From assembly GCA_003242735.2 (NCBI GenBank), contig QGVH02000009.1:7660-71659 (forward strand): a DNA stretch of 64,000 nt, read 5' to 3'. The notes under the pieces were generated by a model. That model made no database searches, was not told the origin of the DNA, and worked only from the letters and a program-made list of their open reading frames with translations. A program made the translations under genes and the position numbers. This document shows, piece by piece, positions 26,610 through 35,153 of the stretch. Source of the DNA: a bacterium (GTDB taxonomy: Bacteria; Gemmatimonadota; Gemmatimonadetes; Longimicrobiales; RSA9). The first letter of the stretch is position 1. Every line of letters begins with the position of its first letter.

Positions 26610-29267
26610 ATGCGACGGACGACCCTCATCCTCGCCATCCTCGCCGCGACGGCCGTGTCCGGCTGTTCCCTGCGCGCGAGCCGATCCTCCCCCGCGCTCC
26701 GGGCGCAGCAGGCCGCCGGGCAGGCGGAGGGCGGCCAGGCCCGCGCCCAGGACGGACTCAAGCCGTTCGCCGAGCTGACCCGCGGCGCCACCTATCGCGC
26801 CGGTTTCTTCGACACCTACCAGAAGGGAGACAACCTCTACCTCGTCGTGCCGAAGGACCGGCTCGGGCAGGACTTCCTGCTCACCTTCGAGATCAGCCAG
26901 GGCGTCGGCGCGGCCGGGCTGTTCGGCGGCACGATGCTCGGCATCTTCGAGGGCGCGATCGTGGCGCTGGAGCGCCACGGCGACCGGGTCTTCCTCGTGC
27001 GACGGCCGCACCGCTACGTGGCGCCCGAGGGCTCCGCGGTCGCGCGCGCGGTGGAGCTCTCGTACACGCCGTCGGTGCTGGAGTCGGCGAAGATCGAGTC
27101 CATCCGCGAGGACTCGGCGGTCGTGATCAACATCAGCGACTGGATCCTCTCCGACCTGTCCGCGGTCGGCGAGCTGGTCAACAACGCGGTCTCGCGGCCG
27201 GGCCAGCAGGGGCGCGCCAACTTCGATCGGCAGCGCAGCTACATCGAGTCGGTCAAGGCGTTCCCCGACAACCTGAACCTGCGGGCGCGGCTGACGTTCC
27301 GGCCGCCGTCGCCGGCGCAACTCCGCACCGTCCCGGATTCGCGCTACATCTCGCTCGGCATCCACTACTCGTTCGCGCGGCTGCCCGAGCGGCCGATGAA
27401 GCCGCGGCTCGCCGATGACCGCGTCGGCTACTTCATCACGGCGCACAAGGACTTCTCGAAGGACGACGGCGACTCGTTCTTCGTCCGCTACATCAACCGC
27501 TGGCGGCTCGAGCCGAAGCCCGGCGTCGTCGCGTCCGATGGGCTCATCGAGCCGGCGAAGCCGATCGTCTACTACCTCGACCACAACATCCCGGAGGAGT
27601 ACCGGCCTTACGTGAAGGCGGGCGTCGAGGCGTGGAACCGCGCGTTCGAGGCTGCGGGCTGGAAGAACGCGATCCGCGCGGAGATGCTGCCCGAGGGCGC
27701 GGACCCCGAGGACCTGCGCTACGCCACGATCCGCTGGAACACGTCCGACCAGCCCGGCTACAGCGCCATCGGCCCGTCCATCGTGGACCCGCGCACCGGC
27801 GAGATCCTGGACGCGGACATCCTGCTCGAGGCCAACATGGTGATGGGCTTCAAGCGGGACTGGCGGACCAAGGTCAGCCCCGCCCAGGCGATCCAGGAGA
27901 TGCTGGCCGCATCGCCCGAGGAGCTCGCGTGGGCCGAGGCGGGCGGCGAGGTCGCCTCGCTGGGCGCGGCGCTGAGCGCGCAGGGCGCGCTCCTGCGGGT
28001 GCTGCTCGCGGCGAGCGGCGACATCGGGCCCAACGACCCCGTGCCCATGGAGTACGTCGGCCAGGCGATCAAGTGGGTCACCATGCACGAGGTCGGGCAC
28101 ACGCTCGGTCTGCGCCACAACTTCCGGTCTTCGTTCGATACGCCGCTGGAGAAGCTCACGGATCCCGAGTGGGCCGAGGAGCGCGGCGTGTTCAGCTCCG
28201 TCATGGAGTACCCGAGCGTCAACCTCGACGCCCGCGGCGGCAAGGGCTACTTCTACAACCCCGGCCTCGGATCGTACGACCTCTGGGCGATCACCTACGG
28301 CTACACGCCGGATGACGAGCGCGCCGCGGCGGTCGCCCGCGAAGCGGCGAAGCCCGGTCACGCCTACGGCACGGATGGCGATGCCCGCGGGCCCGGCGCG
28401 CTGGACCCGAGCGTGAACGTCTACGACCTGAGCAGCGACCCGCTCGAGTGGGGCAAGCGCCGCGCCGAGCTGATCGCCAGTCTCTGGCCGACGCTGCCCG
28501 AGCACGTCCTCACGGACAACTCGCGTTACGCAGACCTGACGGACGCGTACCGTACGCTGCTCACCGAGTACGCCCGCGCGCTGGCCGTCGCCGTCAAGTA
28601 CATCGGCGGGCAGTACCAGTACCGGGACCACGTGGGCGACCCGGACGGCCGCATGCCGTTCGTCAACGTCGAGAAGGCGCGACAGCAAGAGGCGCTGGCG
28701 TTCCTGCGCAAGTACGCGTTCGACGAACAGGCCTTCACCCTGCCGCGGGAGGTGCTGGCGCGCTTCGGCGCGAACCGCTGGGACCACTGGGGCGAGAACA
28801 CCACCATCAACGGCCGGATCGATTACCCGTTCATCGACCAGGTGCTGGAGCTCCAGACCACGCTGCTCGATCAGCTCATCCAGCCGCTGCTCTTCGCGCG
28901 CATTCGTGATGCGGAGCTGAAGTACGGCGCCTCGCAGGTTCTCACGGTGCCGGAGCTGCTGGCGGGGCTCACGGAGTCGGTGTGGAGCGAGGTGTGGAGC
29001 GGCGGCGCGCGCAACATCCCGGTCCTACGCCGGGATCTCCAGCGCGCCTACCTGGATCGGATGACGACGCTGCTGGTCAACCCGCCCGCGCAGATGCCGG
29101 CGGACGCGCGCGCCGTCGCGCGCATGCGGCTCCAGGACCTGGACCGCCGCATCGCCGCGCGGATCAACGCGCCGGCGCTGGACGACTACACCCGGGCGCA
29201 CCTGCTCGAGGCGCGCGCCCGCATCGCCAAGGCGCTGGACGCAGGGCTGGAGGCGGAGCGGCGGTAG
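26610..29267 (+). CDS. Large zinc-dependent metalloprotease lipoprotein (DUF5117/DUF4953-type zincin)
   Basis: The start is ATG 26610. The lipobox is LAILAATAVSGC. The zinc motif is TMHEVGHTLGLRHNF with downstream SVMEYP. The first 211 codons of the track ORF were discarded. Confidence 0.9.
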   Translation: MRRTTLILAILAATAVSGCSLRASRSSPALRAQQAAGQAEGGQARAQDGLKPFAELTRGATYRAGFFDTYQKGDNLYLVVPKDRLGQDFLLTFEISQGVGAAGLFGGTMLGIFEGAIVALERHGDRVFLVRRPHRYVAPEGSAVARAVELSYTPSVLESAKIESIREDSAVVINISDWILSDLSAVGELVNNAVSRPGQQGRANFDRQRSYIESVKAFPDNLNLRARLTFRPPSPAQLRTVPDSRYISLGIHYSFARLPERPMKPRLADDRVGYFITAHKDFSKDDGDSFFVRYINRWRLEPKPGVVASDGLIEPAKPIVYYLDHNIPEEYRPYVKAGVEAWNRAFEAAGWKNAIRAEMLPEGADPEDLRYATIRWNTSDQPGYSAIGPSIVDPRTGEILDADILLEANMVMGFKRDWRTKVSPAQAIQEMLAASPEELAWAEAGGEVASLGAALSAQGALLRVLLAASGDIGPNDPVPMEYVGQAIKWVTMHEVGHTLGLRHNFRSSFDTPLEKLTDPEWAEERGVFSSVMEYPSVNLDARGGKGYFYNPGLGSYDLWAITYGYTPDDERAAAVAREAAKPGHAYGTDGDARGPGALDPSVNVYDLSSDPLEWGKRRAELIASLWPTLPEHVLTDNSRYADLTDAYRTLLTEYARALAVAVKYIGGQYQYRDHVGDPDGRMPFVNVEKARQQEALAFLRKYAFDEQAFTLPREVLARFGANRWDHWGENTTINGRIDYPFIDQVLELQTTLLDQLIQPLLFARIRDAELKYGASQVLTVPELLAGLTESVWSEVWSGGARNIPVLRRDLQRAYLDRMTTLLVNPPAQMPADARAVARMRLQDLDRRIAARINAPALDDYTRAHLLEARARIAKALDAGLEAERR

Positions 29268-29667
29268 CCGAGGACCGCGGTCCGCCCTTGTTCGTTCGAA
29301 ACAGCGGTTCTGCGTCGGGGGCTCCCCCACGCCCGCACGAAGGGGCGCGCGTGGTCGCGTTCGCTGCCGCCGCCGGATCGGCTTACGGATCGGCGGCTCG
29401 CGGCTCACCGCGCCCGCCAGACCGCGGAGCCGCCGGGGATCGCGGCCGGCGGCGCCCTCGGGACGCGCCTCTGGCGGGCTTCGTGCCTCCCCTCTATCAT
29501 CCCCGGCCGGCGGCGGTCCACGCCCAACCTCTTCGGCCCCACCCCGGCTGGGGCCCTCGTGAGGCAAAGGGGGGCATACTCCCGGACCGGCATCGACGGA
29601 ACCCTGCTCGTCGCGGAGCGCCTCGCCGGGGGAGGCGAGTCGTGGCGTGTGCAGAGGAGAACCGGAG

Positions 29668-30438
29668 ATGCCGAAGGACAAGGACCTCAAGCGCCTGGTC
29701 CGGGCGCGCATGGCGAAGACGGGCGAGTCGTACACCACCGCCCGCGCCCGCATCATCGCGAGGAAGCACGAGCAGATCCCAGAGTCTGCAGCCGCCCAGC
29801 CCGTTGCAGCAGCGGTGAACGCCGGGGAGACACTCGCCGTGCCGGCCGCTGCGCCCGCGACCGCTGCACCGCTCTCGCTTCCCGACGATTACGAGAAGAT
29901 CGCCGGCAAGAGCGATGCGGCGGTGAAGAAAGCATCGGGTCGGACGTGGCCCGAGTGGGTCGCGCTGCTCGACGGCCACGGCGCGGCGGGCATGGAGCAC
30001 CGCGCGATCGCGAAGCTCGTGCACGAGGAGTACGGCGTGGGCGAGTGGTGGGCGCAGATGATCACCGTCGGCTACGAGCGTCTGCGCGGGCTGCGCGATG
30101 TCGGCCAGCGGCGCGGCGGCGCCTACGAGACGAGCAAGAGCGTGACGGTCGCCGCGCCGGTCGAGGCGCTGTGGCGCGTCGTCTACGACCGGGCGCAGCG
30201 CGAGCGCTGGTTGCCGAGCGTGGATCTCGAGGTCCGCACGGCCACGGAGCCCAAGTCGCTGCGCGCCCGGCTCGCCAACGGGATCAAGCTGGAAGCGTAC
30301 TTCACCGCGAAGGGGCCGGCGAAGAGCACGCTCGCGGTCCAGCTCAAGGGCCTCCCGGACAGGGAGGCGGCGCGGGCCGCAAAGGAGTTCTGGGGCGAGC
30401 GGCTGGCCACGCTGAAGGCGCTGGTCGAGCGGGAGTGA
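29668..30438 (+). CDS. DUF4287-like domain protein with an SRPBCC-like C-terminal half
   Basis: The start is ATG 29668 after GAGGAG. The central segment SGRTWPEWVALLDGHGAAGMEHRAIAKLVHEEYGVGEWWAQMITVGYERLRGLR is typical of DUF4287, recalled from memory. Confidence 0.7.
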   Translation: MPKDKDLKRLVRARMAKTGESYTTARARIIARKHEQIPESAAAQPVAAAVNAGETLAVPAAAPATAAPLSLPDDYEKIAGKSDAAVKKASGRTWPEWVALLDGHGAAGMEHRAIAKLVHEEYGVGEWWAQMITVGYERLRGLRDVGQRRGGAYETSKSVTVAAPVEALWRVVYDRAQRERWLPSVDLEVRTATEPKSLRARLANGIKLEAYFTAKGPAKSTLAVQLKGLPDREAARAAKEFWGERLATLKALVERE

Positions 30439-30569
30439 GGGCGAGCACGCTCGGAGGACGTGGATGAAGAACGGGGTGGCCCGCTGCGGCGGGGGCCACC
30501 CCGTTCGCCGTCGGCGGCGGCGACGCCGATGCATCCCACGGCAGCGCGCCTTTCGCATCGCCCGCAGGG

Positions 30570-31868
30570 TCACCCGTGCGCCGGGGCGAGCAACGCGCGC
30601 AGATACCCGGTCCACCGGGCGGCCCGCGCAGAGCTGTCGGCGGGCTGGTCACCCCCGGATTGCGGCTCGCGGTTGCGCTGGACCGCCTCCCACGCCTCTT
30701 CGCTCTCCCACGGCCGGTGAGCGCCGTGCCCCGACCACCTCGGCGCCATGCCCGCGGTCCAGAGGAGGCGGCGCAAGCGCACGGACGGACACGGCCCGGG
30801 ATTGCGCGGGTACAGCGAGGCGATGTAATGCCGCTCGAGGAGGTCCAGCACCAAACGCGGCCGCGGGGGACGGAGCCGCTCGAGGACAGGCGGGGGCACG
30901 GTCACGTGAGCGAGTGACCGCGCGAGACGGAACGTCCAGTAGCACGCGGTCGTTGCACGCGCGGCCCGAGCGGCGTCCACGACTGCATCCCAGTCCACCG
31001 GGGTGCGTCCGAGGATCTGGTGCAGGTCACGGAACGTGCGCCACGACGCATGCGCGAGGCCGTGCGACCACGCGAAGTGCACGGCCAGGTGCAGCACCTG
31101 ATGTTCAGTGGCAGGGACGAGCGCACGCCGGCCGTGGATCTCTATGGCACGCGCGCTACGCCAGATCGTCTCCGCAGGAAGATGGATGGCGTCCGTCTGA
31201 CTGAGCGCCGCGTGCAGCTCCAGCGCGATGCCCGTCCCCAGCGGGTCGAGTAGAGGCGGCAGGTGGTGGTGCGCCTCGTAGATCTCGGATGGGTACGCTT
31301 CGGCGTCGTGTACCCAGCCGGCGGCGCGCAGCGCCTCCCACGCGGCGGCGACGTGCTCCTGCCTGACCAGCAGATCCACGTCGTACATCGGCCGCGCTGC
31401 GAAGGAGCCGTACGCCGTCGCCGCGACACCCGCCCCCTTCAGCAAGACGACGTCGATGCCTCGTTCCGCGAGCGCGTCCAGCGCGCCGATGAGGAGCTGC
31501 TGGAGCCGGAGCATGCGGAACTGCGTGGCGCGCACGAGCGCGGCGAGGCGAGTGCGCGAGGTCGGCGGGATGCTGTCTTCGGGCGCGCGGTCCGTGAGCC
31601 CTGCGAGGGCACCAACGGCTTTCTCTTGCCACGCGAGTGTGAGCAACGCGTCCCAATCCAGCGACGGATCCTGCAGCGCCGCTGCGGCTCCCGCCGGATC
31701 GAGATCGGGCTGGATTGCGGCGAAGAGGACGCGCGCCTCGGGGCAGAGGAGCCGGCGGCTCACGCTGTTCAGCGCGTCAGCCACGGGACGACGGCAGGAC
31801 CGACAGGGACGGGAGAGGCAGCATGGCAGCAATCGGTCCCCGGGGGGCCGCGGCCCCCCGGGACGCAT
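30570..31868 (-). CDS. Nucleotidyltransferase-fold protein (NTP_transf_5-like), lasso-cluster tailoring candidate
   Basis: The 432-aa product contains ERGIDVVLLKGAGVAATAYGSFAARPMYDVDLLV and LHLAVHFAWSH, typical of the uncharacterised nucleotidyltransferase family seen in RiPP/lasso clusters. Its start lies 5 nt after the stop of precursor A1. Confidence 0.8.
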   Translation of the reverse strand: MRPGGPRPPGDRLLPCCLSRPCRSCRRPVADALNSVSRRLLCPEARVLFAAIQPDLDPAGAAAALQDPSLDWDALLTLAWQEKAVGALAGLTDRAPEDSIPPTSRTRLAALVRATQFRMLRLQQLLIGALDALAERGIDVVLLKGAGVAATAYGSFAARPMYDVDLLVRQEHVAAAWEALRAAGWVHDAEAYPSEIYEAHHHLPPLLDPLGTGIALELHAALSQTDAIHLPAETIWRSARAIEIHGRRALVPATEHQVLHLAVHFAWSHGLAHASWRTFRDLHQILGRTPVDWDAVVDAARAARATTACYWTFRLARSLAHVTVPPPVLERLRPPRPRLVLDLLERHYIASLYPRNPGPCPSVRLRRLLWTAGMAPRWSGHGAHRPWESEEAWEAVQRNREPQSGGDQPADSSARAARWTGYLRALLAPAHG

Positions 31869-31873
31869 CAGCG

Positions 31874-32014
31874 TTACGAGCGATCCTTGTCCTTGCAGAA
31901 GAGCTCGTCGCCGTCGCCGATGCCGAAGATGCCGCCGTCGCAGTCCGGGTTCGTCCCGAGCCGTGTCAGTTCACGCACCGACCCGAACCGCTCGAGCTTG
32001 GGCTTGATGTACAT
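31874..32014 (-). CDS. Lasso peptide precursor A1 (46 aa): MYIKPKLERFGSVRELTRLGTNPDCDGGIFGIGDGDELFCKDKDRS
   Basis: These are the last 46 codons of the spurious track ORF 31874..33268. ATG 32014 is preceded by AGGAGGGAGT. The leader KPxLE...ELT-x resembles known lasso leaders. It lies immediately downstream of the cyclase and is a paralog of A2. Confidence 0.8.
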   Translation of the reverse strand: MYIKPKLERFGSVRELTRLGTNPDCDGGIFGIGDGDELFCKDKDRS

Positions 32015-32034
32015 ACTCCCTCCTTTGGGATGAT

Positions 32035-32082
32035 GGGTTGCGGGCGACTGGCCCGCGCAGCCTGTCGCACCCGCGACAGGAT
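32035..32082 (-). repeat. Copy 1 of the 48-nt double-hairpin element upstream of a precursor gene
   Basis: It matches 38487-38534 at 47 of 48 positions. The minus-strand RNA reads AUCCUGUCGCGGGUGCGACAGGCUGCGCGGGCCAGUCGCCCGCAACCC. Hairpin 1 is CCUGUCGC/GCGACAGG and hairpin 2 is GCGGGC/GCCCGC. Confidence 0.75.
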
Positions 32083-32085
32083 CGG

Positions 32086-34053
32086 TCAGATCGCAACGGT
32101 TGCCGCCGCAACGACCGTAGCGTTCGTCGGTTTCTCCAGACTTCCGGACGCGTTGCCTCGCCGGGCACGCAGCCAGAGCTCCGTCTGGAGCGTGTAGTAG
32201 AGGCCGACCCGGGTGGCGGCGTCTCGGCGGCGCGGGTACTCCGCGCACGCGCGGCGCAGCTCTTCGGCTCGAACGATGCCCAGCTCCTCCAGCACGAGCG
32301 GCTCGCGCATCGTCCGTTCGAGCAGACCGGGGAACACCTCCACCATCCAGCGGTGCGAGTAACCACCGGTGATCCCGGTCCGGTACGGCCGCGGGGCGAG
32401 AACCTCCTCCGGCAGCAGACCGTGCATGGCCCGCCGGAGCAGACGCTTGGTCTCCTTGCCGGACGATCGCTCCCACCAGGGGCGCGACACGGCGAATTCG
32501 ATAACACGCCGGTCTGACAACGGCGAGCGGACCTCGACGCCCTCGCGCAGCGCGAACCCCGTGATCAGGGCGAACGCGCGGGAGACGAAGAGCGAGGTGA
32601 AATGCCAGTCGATCTCCCGGCCCGCGTGCGTGGCGGGGATCTCCCGCGTGAGGAACTCGCGGTCGCGCGCCTCCAGCTCGTGGCGCGCGACGAACTCCGG
32701 GTTCAGCCAGGACGGGATCGGGCGCTCGAGATAATGCTTCAGCCGCCGTCCGCCCCGGAGCCACGCGGCGAGGCGGAGCGCTGGCTCCGGCAGGTTGGGC
32801 TGGATCACCCACTTGAAAAACGGCCGGAACCCGCCGCGCGGCCGGGCCCGCCACTCGCGCGCCACCGTCCACCAGCGCCCTGCCCGGAACAGGTCGGCCA
32901 GGAAGACGTCCGAGTTCTGGAAGAGCTGGTCGCCGCCGTTGCCGTCCATGGCGACGCGTGCGCCCAGGGCCCGGGCCCCGGCTGCGAGCGCGCCGTTCCA
33001 CCGCTCGTAGAGGTGCGCGTACGGCTCGTCCCGGGCCGCCGCCCGCTCCTCCTCGCGCTCCAAGAACGGGATGTCCGCGATGTCGATCCAGTGGACGGCC
33101 CCCCCCCACCGGTCCGCGATCGCCTGGATCCACTCGTCCTCGCGCCCCGGGTCGCCTTCGGGGTAGCTGATCGAGACCGGCCGCACGGCCGCGTCCAGGC
33201 CGTCCCGGCGGATCACGTGGCACGCCGCGCCGAACACCGCGGTCGAATCCCACCCGCCGCTCATCCACACGGCGTTCACCGCGCCCGGCTGCAGCCGCTC
33301 CCGCACCGCCGTCGCCAGCAGCTCACGCAGGTGCACGGCCGCATCCTCGTGCGAGAGCCGGCTGGGCTCAGCGTTCACCGGCACCTCCCAGTACCGGACC
33401 GGGCCGTGGAGACGGCCGTCCGACCAGCTCATGCGGTGCGCGTTGGGGAGCACGCGCACCGCCGTGTAGCAGGTCTCCGGGCCCGCGGAGAAGTGCAGGC
33501 CGGCGATCGTCGCCCCGAGGATCGGCAGGTTCAGGTCGTCCGGGCAGCGCGGGTGCGCGACGACCCCGCCGATCGTGGACGCCACGACCAGCTCGCCGCC
33601 GAGCTCCGCGTAGTGGAGCGGACGTTTCCCGCCGAGATCCCGCGCGCACAGGACCCGCCGCCTCGCCCGGTCCCAGAGGATGAAGGCGAAGTCACCCTCG
33701 ATGTGCGACACGCAGTCGTCGCCCCAGGCGCGATAAGCGGCGAGGATCAGGTGCGCCGGCGAGTCGCCGGCCGGGCTCACGCCACGCTCGCGCAACGCCC
33801 GCCGCAGGTCTTCGCGGTAATAGACGGACGCGTCCGCCGCGACCACCACAGCGCCGTCCTCGACGACCAGCACCGGGCCGCTGAACGTCGGGTCGAGCTC
33901 CCATTCGTGGCGCGCGACCGCGAGCACGGCATCGCCGCCCCGCCAGATCTGCAGACGATCCCCGCCCCGGGCCGACATGCGGCCCAGCATCGCGCGGATC
34001 TGCGCATCCGTCACAGACGGCGCGTCACCGAACACCCCGACAATTGCGCTCAC
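32086..34053 (-). CDS. Lasso peptide cyclase (asparagine synthetase B-like, McjC-type)
   Basis: The 655-aa product starts at GTG. It has an N-terminal Ntn-like domain without the catalytic Cys (MSAIVGVFG), the PP-loop WMSGGWDSTAVF and a C-terminal Asn-synthase fold. A precursor gene lies 71 nt downstream. Confidence 0.92.
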   Translation of the reverse strand: MSAIVGVFGDAPSVTDAQIRAMLGRMSARGGDRLQIWRGGDAVLAVARHEWELDPTFSGPVLVVEDGAVVVAADASVYYREDLRRALRERGVSPAGDSPAHLILAAYRAWGDDCVSHIEGDFAFILWDRARRRVLCARDLGGKRPLHYAELGGELVVASTIGGVVAHPRCPDDLNLPILGATIAGLHFSAGPETCYTAVRVLPNAHRMSWSDGRLHGPVRYWEVPVNAEPSRLSHEDAAVHLRELLATAVRERLQPGAVNAVWMSGGWDSTAVFGAACHVIRRDGLDAAVRPVSISYPEGDPGREDEWIQAIADRWGGAVHWIDIADIPFLEREEERAAARDEPYAHLYERWNGALAAGARALGARVAMDGNGGDQLFQNSDVFLADLFRAGRWWTVAREWRARPRGGFRPFFKWVIQPNLPEPALRLAAWLRGGRRLKHYLERPIPSWLNPEFVARHELEARDREFLTREIPATHAGREIDWHFTSLFVSRAFALITGFALREGVEVRSPLSDRRVIEFAVSRPWWERSSGKETKRLLRRAMHGLLPEEVLAPRPYRTGITGGYSHRWMVEVFPGLLERTMREPLVLEELGIVRAEELRRACAEYPRRRDAATRVGLYYTLQTELWLRARRGNASGSLEKPTNATVVAAATVAI

Positions 34054-34266
34054 AGCACGATACCCGAATTGCGCGGTCCCAACGCGCTACCACGAAGTGG
34101 AGTTGGCCGACGCTCGCGGCGACGGATCACATTCGATACCCCGGGCCGATGTGGCCGCGCGCGCCAGCGGCCGGTTTGCAAGGGGAGTGCCATTCGGGGT
34201 GGCCACTCATCTCGTAATATGACAACATGTTACGGTTTTTTGGCGCGACGTGTCGGCGGTTCGGCC

Positions 34267-34315
34267 TGTTGCAGGCGATCATCATCTTGGCGCCCAGAAA
34301 AGTCACCATTTTGTC
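34267..34315 (-). repeat. Copy 1 of a conserved upstream non-coding block (candidate promoter/operator of the cyclase unit)
   Basis: It matches 39057-39106 at 38 of 50 positions with one 1-nt gap. Shared blocks are TGTTGCAGGCGA, CATCA, TGGCGCC, GTCACC and TTTTGTC. It lies in the 299-nt gap between the permease stop and the cyclase start. Confidence 0.5.
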
Positions 34316-34352
34316 GCAGTGAGATCGCCGCACGGCAAGCGGGTCCGTCCCA

Positions 34353-35153
34353 TCAATAATGTGAGAGAGACCCGACGCGCCGCGCGTACGCGAGCGCGAC
34401 CCGCAACGCGATCATCCCGACGGACAGCAAGCCGACCACGAAAAGGGCGAGGATCGCGAGGTCCGGCAGCACCGCCCGGAGCGGCTCACCTTCCAGCAGG
34501 GTCCGGCGCAGCGCCCGAAGGCCGTAGGTCAGGGGAATCATCCCGGAGACAGACTCGAGCCAGGACGGAATGACGTGCGTCGGGTAGTAGACGCCTCCGA
34601 GGAGCGCGGAGAGGGTCGTGACGGCCTGCGGCAGTGGGCCCGTCGTGCGGAAAGCGATGACCAGCGCCGCCGCCATCATCCCGAACGGAACGTAGGCGAG
34701 GACAATGAGCAGCACGATGAGGAGGGCGAGCCCGACCCGCGACCAGAGGATCGTCGCGCCCAAGAGCCATGCGCCGACGAGCATGGTGGCGGCGCGCAAA
34801 CCCGCCCATAGCAGGCTGAAGCCGATCAGCCCGGCCAGGACCTCGGACAGGCGGGTTCGGGTGCCGAGCAGGGCCTCGAGCACGCCGGTATTGATGCCGG
34901 AGCCGATCTCGCCCGCGAGCGCGTTGACGCTCACGGGGAGGAGCAGGAACGTCATCGTGCCGACGGCGAGGAATGCGAAGTATTGATCGCCCTCCGCAGC
35001 GATCTTGTCGGCCATGATTGGCTGGAGCGCGTTGGCGACGAAGAACAGCGGCACGACGGTCGCGAGCAACGAGAGGGTGGAGAAGACCATGCGGACGCGA
35101 TAGCTCCGTGCCGCGAGCCAGCGCGCGCGGATCAATGCGACGGCGCCTCGCAT
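34353..35153 (-). CDS. ABC-2 type transporter permease (lasso export/immunity candidate)
   Basis: ATG 35153 overlaps the ATPase stop (ATGA). The 266-aa product has about six TM segments. The upstream 54 Arg-rich codons of the track ORF were discarded. Confidence 0.85.
   Translation of the reverse strand: MRGAVALIRARWLAARSYRVRMVFSTLSLLATVVPLFFVANALQPIMADKIAAEGDQYFAFLAVGTMTFLLLPVSVNALAGEIGSGINTGVLEALLGTRTRLSEVLAGLIGFSLLWAGLRAATMLVGAWLLGATILWSRVGLALLIVLLIVLAYVPFGMMAAALVIAFRTTGPLPQAVTTLSALLGGVYYPTHVIPSWLESVSGMIPLTYGLRALRRTLLEGEPLRAVLPDLAILALFVVGLLSVGMIALRVALAYARRVGSLSHY

Noticed and set aside
31874-33268. 464-aa minus-strand ORF, and its counterpart the 222-aa ORF 38315..38983
   Set aside because: Only the last 46 and 49 codons are credible. 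In both, an RBS and ATG mark the point where homology between the two begins. The upstream parts are Arg/Pro/Gly junk. For the first ORF the upstream part also overlaps the cyclase gene in another frame.
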